In this document: positions 27,159-35,047 of the stretch, piece by piece | How the letters are laid out: every line of letters starts with the position of its first letter | Position numbering within the stretch: position 1 is the stretch's first letter | Virus record (IMG/VR): IMGVR_UViG_3300043406_000058 | Coordinates: 1 to 44,342 of that record | Length of the DNA stretch: 44,342 nt | Source of the DNA: a virus | Taxonomy: Duplodnaviria > Caudoviricetes | Strand: one strand, 5' to 3' | Position numbers and translations under genes: made by a program | The notes under the pieces: generated by a model | Database searches by the model: none | The model's input: the letters and a program-made list of their open reading frames with translations, nothing else | Told to the model about the DNA's origin: nothing

Positions 27159-27758
27159 TCAAGAACTGACCTGAACCATGCGGACGGCTCGGGCTCGGGC
27201 CTGGCACTTCTTGCCGCTGCTGTCCTGGAAGCCGTTGCCGAAGCCCTGGTACCAGGCGTAGTCGGCCGAGTACTGCGACGATGACCAGTGCCATGCGGGG
27301 TCAAACGCCTGAGAGCCGTCGGCGCGGAAGTGCTCGACAGTCGTCTGCTGGAGCGAATCGGTGTACGGGTAGCCGGCCGGCAAGCTGCTCGGGTTGTCGC
27401 CATCGCGGAACGTGCAGGCGGTCGTGTGGGTAGTCGGCTTTAGGTGCCGATAGCCCAGTTCCAGCACGTCGCGGGCGGGGATGCACCAGTCGTGGTGCCC
27501 GTTGATTTCGAGGCTTAAGGCTTGCTCGGCCAGCGCGCTGCCGGCTGCTGCCATGGCGATGGTGTTGGCCATGCTGTCGCAGCAGCTGGTCGCATCGGTG
27601 TGGGTGGCTTGGTCGTTCCATGCGCCGAGCAGGCTGCCGTGTTCTTTCGGCGCCCAGATGACGGCAAACGTTTCGACATAGATGCAGATCAGGCCGCCGT
27701 AGTAGCCGCCCTCGAAGGGTTGGCCGATCAGTGGCAGTTTGGTCAAAAACGTAGGCAT
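27159..27758 (-). CDS. DGR target 2, DUF1566/CLec-like protein
   Basis: GQPFEGGYYGG, DWCIPARDVLE, WHWSSSQYS...ARAVR; RBS AAGGA. Confidence 0.9.
   Translation of the reverse strand: MPTFLTKLPLIGQPFEGGYYGGLICIYVETFAVIWAPKEHGSLLGAWNDQATHTDATSCCDSMANTIAMAAAGSALAEQALSLEINGHHDWCIPARDVLELGYRHLKPTTHTTACTFRDGDNPSSLPAGYPYTDSLQQTTVEHFRADGSQAFDPAWHWSSSQYSADYAWYQGFGNGFQDSSGKKCQARARAVRMVQVSS
27179..27278 (-). repeat. DGR variable repeat VR2
   Basis: 13 mismatches to TR over 100 bp, 12 of them at TR adenines. Confidence 0.95.
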
Positions 27759-27778
27759 TGCGTGGTCCTTGCTGGGGG

Positions 27779-29638
27779 TTAAGTTGCAGACCGTTCGAGG
27801 TCTACGGGTTGCATTGCGGTATGCACTGCCTCGATTGGGATGCAGAGCACCTCGGCAGTTTTGTTGAGGGCTTGTTCGGTATTCCCATCGTGGACAAGCC
27901 ATTGAATGAAGGCCTCTTCCTGCACCCGATCTCTGCTGATGATCATTTCTGCACCAGGAAGTCGTCGAGTGCTGCACCGGCATGAATGGCCTGTGGCTGG
28001 GCACTGGTAACGGACAGACGCCTGTTTGTGCGCTGGCCGCGCGGTGTTGGCTGGCTTGGTGAGCAAGCCGGCTTCGTATCGCGCTTCGGCGGTGGTGGTT
28101 GGGCGGGCGCTTGCGCCCGCATCGTCGGTCTGGTCCCCCTCCCCTCCGAGGTAGCGCGTGTGCAGTTGCGTCAGCAGGGTCACGCAGCGGTCGTTTGGCA
28201 GTTCGTCGGCCATGGTCGTAATCGCCAGCGCGGTGCAGGTCAGCGCAATCCGGCTGTCTGTCCAGCGTGTGATTTCGTCGAGGATCGCTCCCGTGGTGCC
28301 TCGGTGGGAGGGCAAGCCTGTCAGCGCCCGGGCCTCGTCACCCACGTTGATCGCCAGCGCAGCGCAGACCAGGATCAGGTCAGCACGGGACGGTGGCCAG
28401 CCACGACCGAACAGCACCGCTCGCATGATCTCGTTGCGCATCGTCTCCCGCGCCCCTTCCGCCCCCTCGTGCGTCAGCGTTTTCGGCTCTTGGTCGGACG
28501 TGTCTCTCGGCGTCGCTACCGTCGTTTCGTCGTCCCCCTCCCCCCCGTCGTTGGCGGGTACGGCCGCAGGGGTGGGGGTGGCTGGGTAGATCAGGCGCAG
28601 CATGGCCGTGTAGCCCTTGGCCGTCACGCCTTGGGCGTGTAACCCGGTTACAGCATCAGGCCACGCGATGCAGTGGGCGCGCTGGGTGGGGTCGATGGCC
28701 ACCGCCTTGGCGATGTGGTCGATGCACTCGCCTTCGATCTTTTTCCAGGCGAAGAGCACCGGCATGGCTTCGAGGATCGTCCAGCCGTTGTCGGCGAGGT
28801 TGCCCAGCTCGCGCTGGGTGTGAGCTGCGAGCTTGGCGCTGTAGCAAGTGCGATCGGTGCAGACGTCTGCGCCAAGCTGCTCCAGCACCTGATCGCCCAT
28901 CCTGTTCGACAGCCTTGGGCAATGCAGGCATGCCCCCGCGCTGTCGATCAGCGCGGGCAAATCAATGTTGAACGGGGCCTCTCGAATCGAGTGCAGCAGC
29001 TTCGCGCCGCGCAGGTTGGCACGGGCTGCGCGCACTGGCAGTGCCTGGCGCTCGCCGGTCTCCAGCGTGCGCATGACCAGTTCGAGCGCCTGGTCATGCA
29101 CCGTCGACGGGATCGCGCAGATCAGCAGCGCGATGTCACTGCCGATCAGGCCACTGGCCAGCGCAGCGCGGGCGGTGCCAGTGAGCTGCAGCAGTTGGAT
29201 GCGGGCGAGCACGTGGCGCACGCTGGTGCCGAGGGTGTCGGCGATCTGCTTGGGGGTCTGCTCGTGCTGGTCACGCAAGGTGGCGTAGGCGCGGCCTTCG
29301 TCGAGCGGGCTCACGTCCTCACGCTGCAAGTTCTCCATGATCTGGACTTGCAGCACCTGCAGGTCCGACATGGGGCGGATGATCGCTGGGATCTCGTCCA
29401 GCTCGGCTAGGCGGGCGGCGCGGACGCGGCGGTGGCCGGCGATGATCTCCAGATCCTCGTCCGGATTCGAGCCGATCTGCCGGTGCGTGACCGGGCGGCA
29501 GATGATCGGCTGCAGCACGCCTTGCTGTCGGATGCTGTCGGCCAGCTCGTCGAGGCCGTGGTACTCGGTGCGCGGCTGGCTGGGGCTGTCGGCCAGGCGG
29601 TGCAGATCGATGATGAACACGTCGTGGGTGTTGGACAT
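27779..29638 (-). CDS. ParB/Spo0J-family protein with extended C-terminus
   Basis: QPR...LADSIRQQGVLQPI, IIAGHRRVRAA, ENLQREDVSPLDE, HTH, CxxC...C motifs. Confidence 0.88.
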   Translation of the reverse strand: MSNTHDVFIIDLHRLADSPSQPRTEYHGLDELADSIRQQGVLQPIICRPVTHRQIGSNPDEDLEIIAGHRRVRAARLAELDEIPAIIRPMSDLQVLQVQIMENLQREDVSPLDEGRAYATLRDQHEQTPKQIADTLGTSVRHVLARIQLLQLTGTARAALASGLIGSDIALLICAIPSTVHDQALELVMRTLETGERQALPVRAARANLRGAKLLHSIREAPFNIDLPALIDSAGACLHCPRLSNRMGDQVLEQLGADVCTDRTCYSAKLAAHTQRELGNLADNGWTILEAMPVLFAWKKIEGECIDHIAKAVAIDPTQRAHCIAWPDAVTGLHAQGVTAKGYTAMLRLIYPATPTPAAVPANDGGEGDDETTVATPRDTSDQEPKTLTHEGAEGARETMRNEIMRAVLFGRGWPPSRADLILVCAALAINVGDEARALTGLPSHRGTTGAILDEITRWTDSRIALTCTALAITTMADELPNDRCVTLLTQLHTRYLGGEGDQTDDAGASARPTTTAEARYEAGLLTKPANTARPAHKQASVRYQCPATGHSCRCSTRRLPGAEMIISRDRVQEEAFIQWLVHDGNTEQALNKTAEVLCIPIEAVHTAMQPVDLERSAT

Positions 29639-29646
29639 GGTGGGCC

Positions 29647-30372
29647 TCAGGCGATGCGCTGGATCAGAACCTCGTCACCAGCGACGCTGACGCGGAAGCG
29701 GCACGGGGGCTGCTGGGCGGCATGGCGCTTGTGCCACGACTTGATGCCAGCTTTGGCCGCGCCGGCCATCTCCTTCGGCAGGCGGACAGTGACCAGCTCG
29801 TTTTCGACCACGCTGATCGGATGCGCTGCGATGTGGTCCAGGAGCGGATCCCACTTGTGACCAGACACCGGGATGCGGCTGGCCAGCGGCTCCAGGGTGA
29901 TGCGCAGCGTGCCGATGCCCGGGACGGTGATGCTGATGCTGGAATCGATCAGGCCGCGCTGGGGTGGCTTGGGTTGCTGTTGCTTGGCGGGTGGCTGCGC
30001 TGTTGTCCTGGTGGCAGCAGCGGCCGCATCCCACTGCGCTGGGGTGGCGCTGTCGATGCCGCGGGCGATGGGTTCGGCCGCAGTGGCTGGCACTGGCGTC
30101 TGGGTGGGTGCTGCGGCTGGTACGTCAGTGTCAGGCGGTTGCAGGCACTGCTGGGCAGTACTGAAGTTGCCGAGCATGTACAGACCGCCGTTGTAGATGA
30201 GGGCGCCACATTCGCGGGCACGCTTGAGCAGTGCCGGGATGTTGGCCTTGGCTGCGCCGAACTTGCTGACCAGGTCATTGGTGTCGAGCACCTCGTCGCG
30301 GTTGGAAACGAAGAACTCGATGACGTTGCGGGCAAGGCCGGCACTGGGGGTGTAGGGCGTGGTGGTGGTCAT
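29647..30372 (-). CDS. Hypothetical protein
   Basis: 241-aa ORF coupled to neighbours; possible N-terminal wHTH. Confidence 0.65.
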   Translation of the reverse strand: MTTTTPYTPSAGLARNVIEFFVSNRDEVLDTNDLVSKFGAAKANIPALLKRARECGALIYNGGLYMLGNFSTAQQCLQPPDTDVPAAAPTQTPVPATAAEPIARGIDSATPAQWDAAAAATRTTAQPPAKQQQPKPPQRGLIDSSISITVPGIGTLRITLEPLASRIPVSGHKWDPLLDHIAAHPISVVENELVTVRLPKEMAGAAKAGIKSWHKRHAAQQPPCRFRVSVAGDEVLIQRIA

Positions 30373-30788
30373 GGGGTGGTTTTGGTGTGGCTTTGGTGGG
30401 GCTGGTGCTCGGTGATGTCGGTGACGCCGTTGAGATGCAGGTGTCGGTCAGCTGCTGTCCACTGCTGCGGGACGAACTGCGCCCAGACCGTCACCTGCTG
30501 GCCGGCTCGCATCCGGTGGGCCTTGGCGCTGGCTGCGATGAGGGCGGCGGGGGTCGGGTCGATGCGCTGGCTGGCGCGCCAGGTCATCGCGTCCGCGCCC
30601 TGGCTGATGTGGACCGTCAGCAGCGCGTGGCCGTGCGTCGTGCGGCGGTACTCGGCGTCCGTGGTCAGGGTGCCGGTGATGCGGATCTGACGCGCCGGGC
30701 ATGGTGCGGTGCTGGGCCTGGGCGGTGGCTGCCAGCGGGTGATGCGTGGGGCTGGTGGTCCAGCCGGTGACGGTGGTGGTGTCGGCAT
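30369..30788 (-). CDS. OB-fold / SSB-like protein (start uncertain)
   Basis: IRITGTLTTDAEYRRT...MRAGQQVTVW resembles the SSB/PriB OB-fold pattern. Confidence 0.5.
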   Translation of the reverse strand: MPTPPPSPAGPPAPRITRWQPPPRPSTAPCPARQIRITGTLTTDAEYRRTTHGHALLTVHISQGADAMTWRASQRIDPTPAALIAASAKAHRMRAGQQVTVWAQFVPQQWTAADRHLHLNGVTDITEHQPHQSHTKTTP

Positions 30789-31530
30789 GGCGGCTGCGGG
30801 GTAGGGCGATGGTCCAGAGCAGGGCGGCGAACAGCTCGACCAGCAGCGCGGTGAGCATCTGCATGGCCGGCTGGATGCGCTCGGCGGGCAGGCCGGTGAG
30901 CGTGGCCAGCGCGGCGGCGCCGGGGTCGAGCGCGGCTTCGGCGCGGCGGGTGTCGTGCTGCTCTGCGTCGGTGGTGAGACGCTCGCGGATGTCAGTGGCG
31001 CGGCGGGCGGCGGCCAGCTCGGCGGACAGCGCCTGCACGCTGGCATCAGCGCTGCTGGCGGCGGCGCGGGCGCTGCTGCATCGGCCTGGGGTGGTGGCCT
31101 CGCAGCGGGTGAGGGCGGCTGTGGCGCGGGCACTGCGGGTGGTGGCGTTGGCGAGCGCATCGGCCACGGTGGACAGCGGGCGAGCCCCCAAAGCATCGAG
31201 CTGTCCCTGCAGTGCCTGGCTGCGCTCGCTGCTGCGGACAGTGGCGGCGCGCTGGTCGCCAGCGCGGTGTGCGGAGCTGGCGAGGAACGCTGCGTGGCCG
31301 TAGACGACGACGACCAGGCAGGACACCCAGAGGGCACGCCCGACGAGGCTGCGGCTGATCGCCGGGAGGACGTGGGCGCCGGCGGTGGCGGCCATCGCGA
31401 ACGCCATCACCAGCGCGGTGTCGGTGGTGGTGGCGCCTCGGTCTGCGGCTGCTGCTGCGGATGCAGCGAGGCCGATCGCGCTGATCGACACAGCGGCGGC
31501 CAGCGCGGCGGGGCGGGTGCGGCGGGTCAC
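30448..31530 (-). CDS. Membrane protein with coiled coil (3' end possibly frameshifted)
   Basis: Three N-terminal hydrophobic segments, Ala-rich coil, C-terminal hydrophobic segment; GTG start overlapping the upstream stop. Confidence 0.55.
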   Translation of the reverse strand: MTRRTRPAALAAAVSISAIGLAASAAAAADRGATTTDTALVMAFAMAATAGAHVLPAISRSLVGRALWVSCLVVVVYGHAAFLASSAHRAGDQRAATVRSSERSQALQGQLDALGARPLSTVADALANATTRSARATAALTRCEATTPGRCSSARAAASSADASVQALSAELAAARRATDIRERLTTDAEQHDTRRAEAALDPGAAALATLTGLPAERIQPAMQMLTALLVELFAALLWTIALPRSRHADTTTVTGWTTSPTHHPLAATAQAQHRTMPGASDPHHRHPDHGRRVPPHDARPRAADGPHQPGRGRDDLARQPAHRPDPRRPHRSQRQGPPDASRPAGDGLGAVRPAAVDSS

Positions 31531-31733
31531 GCGGCGCCCTCCTTGCGTCGGGTGTCGCAGGCCACGCGGTCGATGCACGCGCGGATGCCGTGGCGGGTGC
31601 CGGTGGCCTTGGAGCTGATGTTGAGATTGCAGAGGCCGCAGCGCGTGGAAAACGCGCCGTAACTGCCTGGGTTGGCTTGGTAGAGGGTGCCGGCTTTGAT
31701 CGCGGCGGGTGGGTACATGCTGTGTTTGCTCAT
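31527..31733 (-). CDS. Small Cys-containing hypothetical protein
   Basis: CGLC...CIDRVAC; coupled to neighbours. Confidence 0.55.
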   Translation of the reverse strand: MSKHSMYPPAAIKAGTLYQANPGSYGAFSTRCGLCNLNISSKATGTRHGIRACIDRVACDTRRKEGAA

Positions 31734-32107
31734 CAGATCCACCCCTGCCAGTGCGCGACCAGGACGCCCACGATGGTCATGGCACCGACTCGGACAGCCA
31801 CTTCGTGCCCGAGGCGCTCCCAGAATCCCATCGGGTGGTGCTCCTGGAGCGTGTGGGTGAACATCTGGCGGCGCATGGCCACGCGCTGGCGGCGGTGGCG
31901 CTCGGCGCGGGCCTTGGCGGCTGCGGCGGGGGTCATGTCGGCGCCGATGTGGTCGAGCGCCTGGTCAGGGATGGCGCACTCGCAGCCCATGGCGATGTCG
32001 GCGGAGCGGTGGGAGTCCAGCAGGATGATCTCGGCGCTGCGGCCTCGGGAGGCGCGGGTGTCGGCGGCGGTGCTGACGTTGTCGAGCTTGCGGGCGAGGG
32101 CGCTCAT
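31733..32107 (-). CDS. Hypothetical protein with C-terminal TM segment
   Basis: ATGA overlap; hydrophobic C-terminus. Confidence 0.55.
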   Translation of the reverse strand: MSALARKLDNVSTAADTRASRGRSAEIILLDSHRSADIAMGCECAIPDQALDHIGADMTPAAAAKARAERHRRQRVAMRRQMFTHTLQEHHPMGFWERLGHEVAVRVGAMTIVGVLVAHWQGWI

Positions 32108-32640
32108 GTCGTCACCTTGCTGTTCTTGGTGGTGTAGATCGCGGGTTCGAGGTCGGCGGGCTGGTCGCTGCCGCCGCAGCCGGTGAGCGCGAAGAGGGCG
32201 GCGATGGCCAGGGCGCAGAGCGCCGCCTTGGTCCACGGGGAGCGCAGCACCGCCGAGGTGTACGCGGCCAGCTCGGCATCGGCCTGCATGCGGGCCTCGC
32301 TGGCGATCTGGTCAACCTCGGCGGGAGGCAGGCTGCGCAGGGCCGCGAAGTTGCTGTCCAGCATGTCGGCGCCGGTGTCGGCGTAGCCGCCGCAGACGCC
32401 TGCGAAGGCGCTGGCGGTGCCTGCAGTGGCCTGGGCCTTGCGGATGGCGGTGGATGCTGCAGCTTTCGCCGTGGAGGCGTGCAGGTCACGCAGTTGCTGC
32501 AGCGTGAGCTGTTGCAGCAGGTGCTGGTGTGCCTGCTGCTGCGTCATGCAGATGCCGGTCTGCAGGTACGCCTGGATCTGCAGCGGCGTCAGCTTGGTGT
32601 GGTCGAGCGCGGTGGTGGTGCGCTGCGTGGTCGATGCCAT
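32104..32640 (-). CDS. Hypothetical protein, first gene of the leftward operon
   Basis: ORF downstream of the operator/promoter at 32700; hydrophobic stretch plus LTGC near the C-terminus. Confidence 0.55.
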   Translation of the reverse strand: MASTTQRTTTALDHTKLTPLQIQAYLQTGICMTQQQAHQHLLQQLTLQQLRDLHASTAKAAASTAIRKAQATAGTASAFAGVCGGYADTGADMLDSNFAALRSLPPAEVDQIASEARMQADAELAAYTSAVLRSPWTKAALCALAIAALFALTGCGGSDQPADLEPAIYTTKNSKVTT

Positions 32641-32699
32641 GGTGGTCCCCGGCACTGTCGCCCGTCCAGCCTTGGTGCGGTGCTCAGTGCATGCGTTTA

Positions 32700-32742
32700 T
32701 TGGACATTTTTGTCCAATTTAACGCAAGACATATTTGTCCAT
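32700..32742 (-). promoter_or_regulatory. Leftward promoter/operators (OL-like)
   Basis: TTGGACATTTTTGTCCAA (32700-32717) and CAAGACATATTTGTCCAT (32725-32742) in an AT-rich gap; match the site at 34149. Confidence 0.8.
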
Positions 32743-32833
32743 CTCGCTTAAAAAATTCCACTTGTTACGAAATACCACTGGCACCCCCTTCAGGGGGATG
32801 TCCTGAGAATTGGTAAAAGTGTGGAATATGCAC

Positions 32834-33028
32834 ATGAGCACGACACACATTGAGCGCCTGCAGGCGCTGTTGATCTGGCGCCTGGTGGGCTGTGTAGACG
32901 AGCGCGAGCGGCTGAATGCCGCGCAGGCGCTCAGGGGCGAGGTAGCTAAGGTGGATGGCCTTGGGGAGGCGGAAGACGAGGAATTGGCTAGCTGGCTGGC
33001 TGTGATGCTCAGGCGTCTGGAGGAGTAG
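32834..33028 (+). CDS. Small hypothetical protein
   Basis: Short ORF ending at the shared terminator. Confidence 0.45.
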   Translation: MSTTHIERLQALLIWRLVGCVDERERLNAAQALRGEVAKVDGLGEAEDEELASWLAVMLRRLEE

Positions 33029-33034
33029 GGGCGT

Positions 33035-33058
33035 AAAAAAGCCCGCTCGCGGCGGGCT
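33035..33058 (-). terminator. Rho-independent terminator of the repressor operon
   Basis: Minus strand AGCCCGC-CGCGA-GCGGGCT-TTTTT. Confidence 0.8.
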
Positions 33059-33079
33059 GGGGTGACTGTGGTTTGTCGG

Positions 33080-33718
33080 TCAGTGGCCGCCAAGCTCCCG
33101 GTAGGCTGCGATCACGCTCTTGATCGCCTTGATCTCGCGGGGAGTCAGGTCTCTGTCTTCGGTGCCGTTTAATCCGTGCAAGCGGATCGCGCCATCCCCT
33201 GAGTCGGCAATCAGGGTGATGGCGGCGGTGGCTGAACCAGAGATGGGAACATCGAGAGACTCCATCATCTTGTCAGCTTCAATGGTGACATTGATCGTTC
33301 CCGGGACATTCGTTTTCGCTTTGCCGTCTGCAATCGTGATGCTTTGTAGCCCCAGCATGTCGGGTCGGCCTGCGCGCTTGACGGTGAGGCGGAGCCATGG
33401 GGCTGTGCCGGAGTCACCGATGTAGATGGCCAGCCGATCGCCGATGTTGTACTGGGTTTCTGAGGTGTACCAGTCAACGTTGTCAATCTTGTTGCGCTCC
33501 ATCCTCAGTGCTGCCAGTGCTGCGCCTGGATGTCGGGCGGCTTTGGCCTTCTTTTCCGCTTCGTCTTGCGACTTGAGGGCCGCTTCGATACGGGCTACTG
33601 CTTCAGCAGTGGCCGCTGCGCGCTGCTTTTCCTCCAGCGCCCGCAGCAGATGCGGGTAGCCGACCGCAGTGGCTGCGACCAGTGCGACTATTCCTGACAG
33701 TGCGTACTTCAGCTTCAT
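33080..33718 (-). CDS. Membrane-anchored/exported protein downstream of the repressor
   Basis: N-terminal MKLKYALSGIVALVAATAVG hydrophobic segment; 212 aa. Confidence 0.7.
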   Translation of the reverse strand: MKLKYALSGIVALVAATAVGYPHLLRALEEKQRAAATAEAVARIEAALKSQDEAEKKAKAARHPGAALAALRMERNKIDNVDWYTSETQYNIGDRLAIYIGDSGTAPWLRLTVKRAGRPDMLGLQSITIADGKAKTNVPGTINVTIEADKMMESLDVPISGSATAAITLIADSGDGAIRLHGLNGTEDRDLTPREIKAIKSVIAAYRELGGH

Positions 33719-33766
33719 TTCCGCCCCGATTCGTATTGAGGGGCAGGAATATAGCCGGTGTGCGTG

Positions 33767-34123
33767 CTACTCGGTGGGCCTGCTGAACATTGTCTTGAGT
33801 CGATCCAGCATGGCGCGCTCTTGCTCTGTAATGAGTGCGGGGGCTGGGTGTGCTGGGTCAAAGTCATCCAACAGTAGCTGCCATGCCTTGACCCCGAGAG
33901 CGGTGGCGACTTCTTGGAGCTTGTCGATCGTGACGCTGTGTTCTCCCTTCGTCATCCTGTCGATCAGTTTCACGTCGAGCCCTTTCCGCATCGACCAGGC
34001 GCGAACAGATCGGCGGTCACCCGGTGGCGTATCACTGTTGATCAGCGCGTTTATGTTGGCCGCCAGTGTCTCACGAGGGTGTTTTCCGTCCATAGATGTG
34101 ATGTTGGCACCATCGTTTGTCAT
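33767..34123 (-). CDS. CI-like XRE HTH repressor (no peptidase domain)
   Basis: LAANINAL...VTIDKLQEVATALGVKAWQLL; divergent from a Cro-like gene with an operator between. Confidence 0.8.
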   Translation of the reverse strand: MTNDGANITSMDGKHPRETLAANINALINSDTPPGDRRSVRAWSMRKGLDVKLIDRMTKGEHSVTIDKLQEVATALGVKAWQLLLDDFDPAHPAPALITEQERAMLDRLKTMFSRPTE

Positions 34124-34170
34124 GAATGTCTAATGTTCGCTTGCCAAGTTGGACAAACTTGTCCAATAAT
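34116..34170 (+). promoter_or_regulatory. Rightward promoter/operators (OR-like)
   Basis: Dyad TTGGACAA-AC-TTGTCCAA (34149-34166) between TTGCCA and AATAAT; degenerate site at 34116-34133. Confidence 0.8.
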
Positions 34171-34175
34171 CGCGC

Positions 34176-34385
34176 ATGGAAGCAGCCAACCTCATCGACC
34201 GCCTGAAAAGTGTCAGTGCGCCCCGTCTTGCGGCGGCATCTGGCGTGTCGGTCAAGACGATCTACAGGATTCGACTTGGTGAAACCTCACCGACGATGAG
34301 GACCGTCGATCTGTTGATGAAGCACATCGATAGCGTTTCCAGCTATTCGGCGCCTGTCAGGAAAACTGAAGGAGTGGCGGCATGA
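34176..34385 (+). CDS. Cro-like HTH protein
   Basis: RLAAASGVSVKTIYRIRLGETSPT HTH; 69 aa. Confidence 0.82.
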   Translation: MEAANLIDRLKSVSAPRLAAASGVSVKTIYRIRLGETSPTMRTVDLLMKHIDSVSSYSAPVRKTEGVAA

Positions 34386-34738
34386 ACGGATCCAATGAGA
34401 TCAATGGGGTTCAGCCCGCATCTCCGTCGGCGGATGTGGTTTCGGGCGAAAGCGCAGCGGGACTGAGCCCAACCCATATGACGCTGCGCCTGACGCTGAA
34501 GGATGGCTCTGTAGAGCGTGTCAAGCGTCAGGTCGCGTTACTTGTCGAGCTTGCCGAGCGCTTTCCCAATGTCCGCGAGCGCCTTCTCGGCATCCCTGAC
34601 TTGTCCGGCGAATGGCGCCTTGTCCATCTCAATGACGTATCCACAGCGGCAGGCGAGCTTCTGTTCGGCTTTGAGATCTCGGATGGTCTTCGAGATCTTG
34701 CGGCTGCATATGGGGCAGGTGATGTCCACCTGCTCTGA
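34382..34738 (+). CDS. Hypothetical protein
   Basis: ATGA-coupled to Cro with RBS GGAG; overlapped antisense by 34538-34753. Confidence 0.45.
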   Translation: MNGSNEINGVQPASPSADVVSGESAAGLSPTHMTLRLTLKDGSVERVKRQVALLVELAERFPNVRERLLGIPDLSGEWRLVHLNDVSTAAGELLFGFEISDGLRDLAAAYGAGDVHLL

Positions 34739-34753
34739 GTCCAGTATTCCCAT
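34538..34753 (-). CDS. Small zinc-ribbon protein
   Basis: CPIC...CRCG then a helix; RBS GAAAGGG. Confidence 0.6.
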   Translation of the reverse strand: MGILDSEQVDITCPICSRKISKTIRDLKAEQKLACRCGYVIEMDKAPFAGQVRDAEKALADIGKALGKLDK

Positions 34754-35047
34754 GGGTTGCCCTTTCGATGGCGTGGTTGGTTGTGTGGACATCCATTCTG
34801 CGACCCCGGGACGGGCGCCCACCCCTTTCCATTTTTGGCAGTTCTCCTCCGGTGGTAGCCCCTGCGGCACCCCTTCGAGCGGGCTGGGCGTGATCGCTCG
34901 GCCCGCTCTTTTTTGGACCCGAGGCTGACCCGCATGACCAAGCCCTGCCGCGCGCAGGCGACACAGCAGAGTGACGCCGTAGAGCTGCACCTGCTGGCTC
35001 GGCAGTGATGCCGGGTTACCCAAAAAACGAACCGGACGAGAAACAGC

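Noticed and set aside
26076-27278. Three ~100-bp repeats as a simple duplication or CRISPR
   Set aside because: Mismatches are almost all at adenines of one copy, which is the DGR signature
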